Source: Kudoa neothunni
Lineage: Eukaryota > Animalia > Cnidaria
Reading direction: 5' to 3'
Assembly: GCA_964304625.1 (NCBI GenBank)
Contig: OZ199838.1
Coordinates: 13,025,843-13,089,842 of the forward strand
Length of the DNA: 64,000 nt
Shown here: piece by piece, positions 53,957 to 64,000 of the stretch
Numbering within the stretch: the first letter of the stretch is position 1
Layout: every line of letters begins with the position of its first letter
Program-made: the position numbers and the translations under genes
Notes under the pieces: model-generated
Database searches by the model: none
Told to the model about the DNA's origin: nothing
What the model saw: only the letters and a program-made list of their open reading frames with translations

Positions 53957-56900
53957 ATGAGTTCATCCTCGGAAGGGGATACTTCTAAGCGGTCTGATTC
54001 TATCAAAAAATTTTTTTTCAAAAAACTTTCTATCCAAGAAGCTGAAGAAGAATGTAACAACCTGGATAAAGATAATAATATACAACAACTCTCTCTAGAG
54101 AATGATCTTTTACGACTCGGCTTGGATGAACCAGATTCAACCAATTGGTCAAATCAATCGGATGATGTTGTATACAATAATTACAGTTTATGAGGAGAAG
54201 ACTAAAAACTGCCTTGAAATAGAGACAGTATTTCCAGAGAATTTTGGAACCACTATTCATTTGGATTTGTCTGTGATTTCCAATTATAGAACCCAACTTA
54301 AAGATATGTTCGTCAAAACCAACGTAGATAGTGCTGAAGAGTTGGGCAGGATGGTACAGCAGATTTTCTATATTCAGTGTATGTGTTTTGGACTATGTGA
54401 AGCATTGTGGGGGACTTCAAAATATTGTATAAAATGAAATTACTGGAGTTCATATGGAAGGATCTTGTGTACAGTGCAATAGCTTTGTTAAGATCGTCAA
54501 TTAAGAAATTGAAGAAATTTTGCCCCAAGTTGAGCGGCGAAGGGGAAATATTAATGGAGTTGTTGTGTCATTTAGTAGAACGTGTCTAGCATTTTTGGAC
54601 AGAATCAAACAACATCTAACCCGATTTTATACTCCAAATCGAACCGCTATCAATTCAAACATTGCAAGATGGATCTACGATGTTTGTGTGTATAGTGGTG
54701 ATTTGTATCGGTATTGTTATGAGGTTTTTTGCAGTCACAATCCAGCCATGAGTGAATATTGTTTGGAATTATCCCGAGAGTTGTACATGGAATCTATTGA
54801 TTGGTCATCCAACCACCCCAAAGCCTATCATCAACTCGCTATCTTGTCAATGTGTAGCAGAAACTTTTTCGACTCGTTCTTCTACTCCATTATAACAATC
54901 CAACTGTCTAACGGTAATGAAGAAGTGTTGCTGTCGTCGAAAGAACGTCTCAAAATTCAATGCTCGAAAGTAGGTGAAAAGTTGAAAAAATGGTCCACCA
55001 AAGTGGGTATTACTATTGTTCTCGAATCAACCACAAACGCTGCGAAAACATTCCATCAGTTGGGTTCGTCTGCCAATGAAATCTGGTGTATTACTGTAGA
55101 CAACGTACCAAAAAGAATGATAATTTCAGACAATGGCCACTGCAGAAATATTTCTCTTCTCAAAACAACTATAAACAAAGAACGCAATGACTATTCGCTT
55201 GTGGTTGATAATTATTCGAAATTCGCGAAACTCATAACCAACAATAGGATTGTTGCCAACAAACTATTTATGCTACATTTCATGTATATACACGCTGTGG
55301 ATTTTGTCGATAATTGGGCTGATTATCGAGAATGTATTGTGGATTTGTGGTTGTCCTATTTTAAACTTATGCTTAATGATGAACTGCCCTTCGGTTATTT
55401 TTCCACAACCACCAACTCTTTCAAATATCTCTACATGAATATGTTTTTCCTGCTGCATCATTTGAAGAAAACCACTCTACCTTTAGAGTCAGCTGATAAT
55501 GATTCTAGGCTGAATAGATCATTTTTATTTTTTCTCAAATATTTCTCTACCGTTGGGGAGTATTTGTTAGAAGACGAGGTTGTAGTCACTCTCGCTCGGC
55601 CTGCGATTTTGAATAAGTGTGTTTTTGTCCTTTGTCTAATTTTCAATTGGCTCTATGTTATACTTTTTGAGAGCTCTAAACTAAGATTGTCTACTTTGCA
55701 TGTGAACAATCTCATTGCTCTATTCAAACGACACCAAACTCCACAATTGTGGTCTATTATTGATCGGTTACAGTTATGGTGCAAATCGGTGATCAAATTG
55801 CTGTTACCGAAAGAAAAAAATTGCCAACCCAACAAACCCGTTATTTTCGATGAGTATCATCATATAGTTGAGTGCTATTTTGGGCAGTTTTTCAACGTTG
55901 TCGACCCGCAGAATATCTTTGGATGCAATCCATTACATAGCTTTAGTTTGGTTAACAAATTAGATGCTGTTACCACGCTTGAACACTTTGTTGATTGTTT
56001 TTGGAGCAAGTTCGAAGGTCTAATTGGTAGAAATAATCCAGACCAGCTTCAATCTAATAATTCCGCCAATATTGCCCAACCAAACCCTATCATCTCTGAT
56101 AACTTTTCGGACACATCACCACAAAACTTTTTAGTTTCCGTAATAATCCGGATTTCGAACAATTGTAAATTTAGTTTGTTGGATAGGACTATCCCAAAAT
56201 CCAATCACTTGTTGCCACCAATAAAAAAGATCTGCTCATTGAGAACCATCCAGAATACATTGTTTTTGATACCAACTGTCTATTAAATCATTATAATGAA
56301 GATAAATTTATTACTTTTATCTACTCGATCAACCTCTCACTATGTATCCCACATATTGGTAAGTTTGGTTTCAAATTTGTGGTAGATTTAAATTTTGATT
56401 AAGTTATGGGTGAACTTAACAAACTTCGAGCTCATAAAGAAAATGCCAAGTACATTTTATATTAAATTGATTTATTTGGCTTCTAATGTGATATTTATCT
56501 TCGAGGAATATGTTATTTTTTATAATTGTTGATTTAGAAACTGCTTGGATTCAATTTATCAGTGGACTCATTCTAAACGAACTTTCGAATCAGCTAACCC
56601 AAGCGTTAAATTTCATGATTTCCCTAATATCCGCTATCTCACAATATCAGGGCAGTTGACTGATGAACCAAATTATGACAACAGCAATTTACTAAATAAT
56701 AAACGAAAAAAGGATATGCATGTTAATTCTTGTTTGAATTTTCCTAGTTGAGGCTCATTCAACACTCCTTTTAGAACAATTTTGATGACTACATAATTGA
56801 GAGCACCATGAAACTCACCTCAAATCATTCACCCGTTACCTATTTGGATGGTAGCTCTTTGAATTAATGCTCATCTATATAAGACTTTTTAGACTCCAAT

Positions 56901-57038
56901 AGTAAAACTGTTGTCATGCGGCGAACTGTTGTGCTTACTTCATATGATATAATATTTCGCGCCAAAGCTATCCACAAAGGTTTAGCTTGTGTTCCGTTTG
57001 AATATTTGTATAAAATTTTTGGAGTGGACTCCCTTTGA
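53957..57038 (+). CDS. SMG6: SMG6/EST1A-like NMD endonuclease (EST1 TPR plus PIN); three apparent frameshifts near 54190, 54410 and 54580
   Basis: EST1 motifs IWK..Y, GDLYRY, PKAYHQLAIL. The spliced PIN domain keeps the acidic residues: VFDTN, IPHIVMGEL, NFDDYII, VVLTSYDIIFRAKA. Stop at 57036-57038. Confidence 0.85.
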
Positions 57039-58099
57039 ATGACTCAGAAATGCTTTAACATTACTTTATTATTTTGTTGAATTCATTAGTTGGAATTTTG
57101 TTTTTCTTTTATCTTGAGTGTACCATATTTTGAATTTATAAACTAATTTATTTTCAGTTTACCACGTTTGTACACTATCTACTCAATAGAATTAGTGAGT
57201 GTCTACTTAATAAATTATATGAGTGTATATTGGTTTTACGTATAATTTGTTTGTTGTTAAATTAGAACAAAAATTATACGAGGACCTTTGGTGGGAATAT
57301 TTCGCTGTTTGAGGTTTTACATGCTAGTCGAAAAGTAACGCTTATGTATTTAGATTTTTTAATCTAGATTTAATTAAATGTGATTTTATTTTATTTATAT
57401 AAATTGCTTCTATTGGTTGGTACAAGTTGACCCTTAGTTTTGACATATGCTAGCTCGCTTGTGGTTTTAAATACAGTAACAACCCCTTAAGCTTCATACA
57501 GAGTTTATTTTTAAACCCTCGTGTCCTTAGTGGGTGTATCTCGCATGCTTTAAAATTGCCAATTTTTCCCAATTCAGAGTACGCTTTGTTTCATAAACAC
57601 ATATCTCTTATGTTCGTTCAGAAATTAACATTACGTTATTGTTACCACCAAATCACAATAAATTCAATATCTATATTACAACATTTTAGACAGCTACGAT
57701 TCGAGGAAATAAAATTTTTTATAACAGACGTCGCAAAAATACCCGTAACTAAAAAATGATATAATACAATGTAAACTTTTAAAAACATGCCATACTTTAT
57801 TATTAAATTAATGTATATTAATGGATTTAAGGCCGAACTTATTATTTGTTGTAGAAGCATTTTAACATATTTAAGAGTTAAACAAAATATGAAATAAATA
57901 TTTATAATTTATCAAAATTTACTTCTACAAGGTAAACACATGTTAATATTTAAATAACAAAATAAAAATAAAAAAAATTTTACTTTAACCGATTTCACAT
58001 CGTATTTCGTAAACTCGTACAATTAATTTCGGAAACCTGACAGTTTAAGCCCAGATTTATCAAGTTTAGTATTCATGTGTAGGAGGGATAGCGGGCCAA

Positions 58100-58295
58100 A
58101 AAATTATATCAGATGAAGATCGTAGAAAAATTGTTCATCTGGTAATGTATGAAGGTAATACGCAAACAGAAGTTTCAGAGTTCTACTGCTCATGATATTG
58201 TTAAAAGATATTGCGAGACAGGAGAAATTTCTAAATTAAGATAGGGTGGAGCCAGAAACGTTATATTTAGTAACGAAAAAAATAATTTTCTAGCT
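58100..58295 (+). pseudogene. Tc1/IS630-like transposase N-terminal HTH remnant
   Basis: ISDEDRRKIV..GNTQTEVSE../DIVKRYCETGEISKLR*GGARN, with stops and frameshifts. Confidence 0.55.
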
Positions 58296-58308
58296 ATTAT
58301 AAATAATA

Positions 58309-58805
58309 TTTTTTTGTTTACAAGGTCAAACTCCTGGTGCAACTTGTTAGGTTGTGATGTTCGGGCTGGTTAGTCCTTCTCCATTTATGCTATAAGCACC
58401 ACAGCGTCGTAGTAAGGGGATTTAAGTTTATGAGGCAGTGTGGGATTTTAACCCACTAAACATCCTCGTTTCAGTACAACCACCGCCCCAACCATACCCT
58501 TGACTAAACCAGAGTTGGTCTTGGAAAGTCGTCTGAATGCGGACGTCAGCTCTGCGGAAACCCCCTACTGGGTTGTATTTCGTTCCTGTAACTCCGCGTT
58601 TATGAGCGCCCGAAATTTACCCTTCCGCCAAGCTCCCCTTCCAGCAGTAAGCAAGGCCACAATGAATCGTAGATCCTTGCGATTACTACAGCCTCCCAAC
58701 TTAATTTCGGATTAGGAGTACCGGAACGCTCGGACTAGGCTTCGAAATCGAAACCTCACGGTATGCAATATCGACTTAACACCACTATGTCATATTGTCC
58801 AGACT
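58309..58805 (-). mobile_element. tRNA-derived SINE, copy 2
   Basis: Colinear with copy 1 throughout; A box TGACATAGTGG, B box TTCGAAGCC; same CTTGTAAAC+A tail. Confidence 0.88.
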
Positions 58806-59471
58806 TTTTTCTACAAATAATGCAAATCGGATTTCTAGTGGCTTACCACGCATATACGAAAACGATTATAAAAAATTTTTTCTTAAAACTCATAATTTTT
58901 CGAAGGACCATATCCAATAATCAAAAGAGCCACATATGGCTCGCGAGCCATAGGTTCCAGACACCTGCTTTATAGGGTAAGAATCGGAAGAGTGGATGTC
59001 ATCGTACAATTAGATGTATCAACTATTTGTAAAAGAAAATATCACCGAAGAAGGGTTATTGTAAACCAAAATCTCCAGATTGTAGCTGGAATTGATAAAA
59101 AACAATATTTTCAAAGTAATGACTGAGATAAGACATAATTGAACTCTTCAGAACATTAACACCACTAATATCGCTCATTAGTCAATAATTTGGATGGACA
59201 TATTAAAATGATGTAACATTATCGAATCCATTAACTATAAAAAAAGACCACGAATCACAGAATTAAATTCAATACTTCATATTGGATTCATAAAAATATA
59301 AAAAGAAGCGATCTGAGGTGACGTTAAGAGAAAATTTAGGTGGGATACTAACCTGACGTCTGGAGTTAGTTGTGACGCATCAATATAGAAAAGATAAACG
59401 GATAATCATTTTTCCTTGTATACTGAGACAGTTAACAGAATATTTTTATGTAAAAAATATACATTTTTTAA

Positions 59472-62400
59472 CCTTCTGAGCGCCTGAAAATCGACTTTAC
59501 ACATTCCTTCCTTTGGGATCCAATGGAATCCACATTTTTTTAGCTTGAATTATGGATAAAAATGCAATAACTAATTTACAAAAGTATGAGAGAAAACTAT
59601 CCATAAAATATTGGAAAACGTTACAATTATAACATCACCGGTTGTCAACGATGATTACCAAAACATTTAAACGGTTAAATTAATCATTAAATTACACGAG
59701 TTTAGTCTTTTTTTCAATATAATGGGTTTTGATAACAAATATATATCATCCCCCATTAAATAAATCTTAAAAATTGTTTCCATCGTAATTATTTTTTTAA
59801 TAATCACGCCCAATAATATCCGCAATACATATTGTTCCAAAATACATAAAATGCGAGATATTTATATTATTTTGGTTTTTAATATTACAAAATATCACTC
59901 AAACAACTTATTAACTGCTTTCGTTACAAATGGCTATACAAATAAAAAATCCTCGCTTTTCTGTCTCGAGATATCGAAAAAACAGCATCACTCGCGACAA
60001 AGAAATTCTATTATGCACTTATAAATTATATCAACGCGATTTTTGTTTCTCTGAACATAATCCTTCGCCAAATCATCTTCAAGCTCTTCTAGAAACTTAA
60101 TTATTGAACAATTGAGATCATAGAAAACAGTCATAAAGAGAAAATGAATTAACCAAGCTAACACCAACCATAATGAAGAATACTGCTGTCGACCATTGAT
60201 TCGTTTACTTTATGCACATGTTGTAGCAATAATATAATCCACTGTTTCCACTACTCCTTGGTAACGATTATATTCTAGGTTAACAACAGGTTTTTTCAGT
60301 CTGTATCTTCAACATTTGTAATGAACCGGAGGTTGTTAGTAGTAAAACTGCCTTACCTTTTATAGGAACATAGGAGATTAATATCAGTTTTTGATTAAAC
60401 AAAAGTATACTGAAATTTCCTGTTTTGAATTCATTTTTAGGTAATTTGTAATATCTCTTTTATTATTTCGAATTGTTCCAGTCATTCCTCGTATAAGAGT
60501 TTTTGGGCAATGGAAACAGTAGTAAAGATATTTTCACAAATAATATTTCTCCCATTTTCCATTAATGATGACACAAGATCTAGAACAATATCTCCTCAGC
60601 ATTTTCTGACGTTTCATTATTATTTTTATCCGAATACACAGGAAAATTATGAGTGTACTTGGTCTCGGGATCGGTAAGGAGAAAATACTTAATTCCATAT
60701 TGCCGGCTTGGACGGCATATATTTCTCGAAGAAAAATTTTCCCTAAAAGCAAATAGCTGCTTGTCAATGGTAAAACTCTCCTAAGGATAATAAAGTTTGG
60801 AACGACTAACTTTCCAACCCTTAAAAATATCACAAATGGGGAAGAACTTATCCATGATTCTTCCAGCTTCTCTAGTTTTGAATTCTTCATAATGAATGAC
60901 CCTCGAAATTTGAAAACACCCGTTTAACGACATAATATTTCGAAAAATATCCCATCGCTTTCCAACACTCCAAAGCAATTTGAATCATTCTAATTAAGAC
61001 TTAAAAATGGGAACATAATTATGGATTCCAAAATTAGCTAACAAATCTTGTTTCGAAAATTTATCAAGTAATTCTGATAATAAAAATTAGTAAACGTGTT
61101 AATGTTTGAAATAACAGTTGAGAAAATAGGTTCACCATAAAATATGAGGAATGATCAGCTAAGATGGTGATTCCGTTTGAAACATAAGAAATTGAACCTG
61201 AATATTTTGAAAAATATTTCTTTTAAAGCTTCTAGCTATTTTAAGTTTCTCAGAAAACCGATTACTGGGTATTTCATAATAAATTGGACATATTTCAGAA
61301 TTAATCGGACACGCGACTAAAACAAAAGTATTTGTTTTTAATCAGACCAAAGTAATTTATTTTTTATTTTTTTTGTGATTAATTAGTTTTATGAAATTAT
61401 GGTACAGTTTTGTTAATATATTATTAAGGCTTAATGGACGAAAGAAAAAAATTTTAAGGCAATCGACCAAACATTATATGATCAAATTGAATGACTTCTA
61501 AAACAAGAGTCCGTAAAAAACCCGAAATTACTGATTTGGGAAGGTTCCAAATATATAAAATCAAAGCCTTTATTGAGACCAACCCAGAAGCCCATAGCTA
61601 CGATGCATTTGCACAAAAAAGGGGCGTCATCCGAAAAATAATACGATTCTCGAAAACAAAGTGAGAGAAATTGTTGGCCGAGATAACAGCCAAACACAAG
61701 TCAGCATAAAAAGACTACTCGCGAGAGAGGATGTAAATCTGTCCAATAGTACTGTATGCCGACTGATAAAATCCGCTGGACTAACGAAAAAACGGCTTAA
61801 ACTAAAGGCCTCCGTTATTTTGCCGGATTCTCACAAACGAACGGTAGCAGAATATGCTTCCAAGATTATAGGTCTGAGGAGAAAGAACATTGTTTTTTTG
61901 GACGAATGCGGATTCAATCTCCATGTGTCGAATAATTATGGTTACTCGGAACCCAACAAAGACGCAATCGCCATGGTACGTCCTTCTAAGGGGACGAAAT
62001 ATATCGTTATGCGCTATTTTTTCCATTCAATGAATAATTGGCCATAAAATTCTGAATAGTGGATTTGATAGGATCCAATTTCTTGAATTTCTCGAACAAA
62101 TGATTTTAGAACGAAAAATCTCTTCTGAAGTTGTTCTTGTCATGGATAACGTTAGGTTTCATCACGTACGAGAGGTAAAAAGTCTGATGAGTACTAACTC
62201 AATTGAATGCCTATATTTGCCGTCGTATTCTCCTCAGCTAAATCCTATTGAGAACGTGTTTTCTGTTTAAAGGCAAAAGTCTCAAGTTACCGCCCAAGAG
62301 CCCAAAGTAGAGATGTTTTGGTTTATTATATCTTAAAATCCATGGATGAATTTAACCAAAACGATTCTCAATTTTTTTTAACTTTTTCAGAAAAATGTGG

Positions 62401-63077
62401 GACGATGTATATGAAGGGTTAAACAATTAAATAGAACGATATTAGCGATTTTCCCTAATTTCGAGTTTATAAATATAACCAGTATTTTTTCTTGATTTCG
62501 AATTATGTCTAACGCGCTTTTGATTAATTTTGAAATGTGCCCGATTTATTATGAAATACCCTGTAACACCCTCCTTATCCTAGTAAATGTTTCGATAGCG
62601 ATTATTACCTTCGGAATCATTAGAATGACCTAAATAACTAAATTATCGAAAGATATCATAAAATTCATTGATAACGGTTCCAAATTCTTCCGAAATATTA
62701 TGCTCAGAACCATTTATGGCAGTGTTTTACTCGTCGGTAATGATCGGCATTTAACGTATGTATGGCTTATTCAATTTTTCTCTGTTTCCTCTCGATAAAA
62801 TTTTATTTAATTCTCAAAATTGTTGTAAATTATTTTTCTTTATTGTTTGATAGAAAAAAAAAGTTGGGCACATTGGACCCCAAAAGAAGGAATGTGTAAG
62901 TATTTTGATTATTTCGTCGCCTGAATGTAAAAATTAAAATTTTCAGTTATATTTTAATAGAACTCATATTTGTAGGAGAACAGATATGATCTGAAATCAT
63001 CTTATGCAATATAAGATTCTCTAAAATTGATTCAAATATCCATTGGGGTCCAATGGACCCCAAAGACGCTTGGAAGG
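59472..63077 (-). mobile_element. Decayed piggyBac element with a nested Tc1/IS630 insertion
   Basis: TTAA|CCTTCTGAGCG ... CGCTTGGAAGG|TTAA; palindromes such as GGGGTCCAATGGACCCC; transposase remnant TIDKQL..QYGIKYF near 60680-60780. Confidence 0.88.
61265..62563 (+). mobile_element. Tc1/IS630-superfamily DD34E transposon with frameshifted transposase
   Basis: TA-flanked imperfect TIRs of about 42 bp, C(T/A)GGGTATTTCATAATAAAT...; VFLDECGFN; VMDNVRFH; YLPSYSPQLNPIE, with 34 residues between the second D and the E. Confidence 0.92.
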
Positions 63078-63152
63078 TTAAAATCAAATTCAATGTGCTT
63101 TCGCTGAAATAGCACGAAAGTGAGCGAAATAGCGTATCTTGCTTGAAATTTA

Positions 63153-63385
63153 TAGGAAGCAGCTATTGTTACGATAAATGATATTCAGGGGTATTAGTTT
63201 TAACTATACTTAATTATTTGGGATACACCGCTTTGCTATTGAGGTCAGAAATAATTAAATATAGTAGATTCTAAAAAATTAAATCAGTAGACAAGATATA
63301 AGAGTTTCTGAGATTAAAAATTTCCAGTTTGCAAACGTACGTGCCGTTTAAGATTAAATTTTACCGTGCCAATAGCCTCTTCCTA
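63153..63385. mobile_element. MITE family A copy (reverse orientation)
   Basis: TAGGAAGCAGCTATTG / CAATAGCCTCTTCCTA termini; shared internal core. Confidence 0.7.
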
Positions 63386-64000
63386 AAACAATATGTCTTT
63401 TTTAAAAGTATATTCAATCTTAGAATATGTTTAAATATATTAATATGAATAAAATCACACTGAATTTTCATCAAACACCTTAGAAACCAATTGTGTGAAT
63501 AATAAAATCTACAATCAAATAAAATTTTTTCTAGTATAAAAACATTAACAAAACCGAATTAATTCGCTCATGTAATTATATCATTGCGAAAACTATGAAA
63601 ACTATATTTACGCCCTAATCCTAATAGTCAATGTTTTTATTTTTTTGTAAATTTGTTTACTTTTTTCAATAATGATTAATAAAATTAATATTTATAATTT
63701 GTTTCACAAAAAAAGTTTGTTTCTAATATCATGTAAAAAACAGGGAGGTTTTAGTGTCAGTAATATTACGAGTATATACGGAAAATTTCCTATATAATAC
63801 ACTGGAGATTTAATTATGACTATACTGGCTTATTGGTGCGTTATTCAAATTTTTATCTATTAGGGGCTAAAATATTTCATTTTAAGCGCATATCGATTTT
63901 TTTGATTTGATGGAGGAAATAATAAGTTTAAATTGATACTAGTTCTTGTCAGGATGTGGTTTGTAAAAAAGGGTATTAAATTTAATTCATTAAGTTGAAT

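Noticed and set aside
58500-58975. ORFs of 70-71 aa
   Set aside because: They lie in or run out of the SINE on its antisense strand; spurious.
1-64000. Alternative genetic code or stop-codon reassignment
   Set aside because: TAA, TAG and TGA all terminate genes here. Internal stops resolve through introns or frame changes, not readthrough.
1-64000. CRISPR arrays, rRNA or prokaryotic defence systems
   Set aside because: The sequence is eukaryotic with spliced genes; no repeat-spacer array or rRNA-like region was seen.

Overview
AT-rich eukaryotic nuclear DNA in the standard genetic code, from a compact, fast-evolving animal genome. INTS7 and an SLC3-type heavy chain point to Metazoa; a parasite such as a myxozoan is plausible but is inference only. 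Introns are mostly about 35-60 nt and GT-AG. I support 13 host genes: SRF, SLC3-like, QSOX, INTS7, SLC25A14/30, a GCK-III kinase, GGT, CLYBL-like, NDUFA6 (missing from the ORF track), an orphan coiled-coil gene, a kinesin-6, TRMT5 and SMG6. Roughly a quarter of the window is transposon-derived. This includes two decayed piggyBacs, a 74-bp piggyBac relic that appears to come from recombination between its subterminal palindromes, and several Buster-type hAT derivatives with NNNTANNN TSDs. It also includes a pogo/Tigger element with introns in its transposase, a DD34E Tc1/IS630 element, a tRNA-headed SINE family and two MITE families, with several nested insertions. Several conserved genes carry 1-nt frameshifts, most likely assembly indels. 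All alignments were done by eye; exon boundaries away from conserved motifs are approximate.
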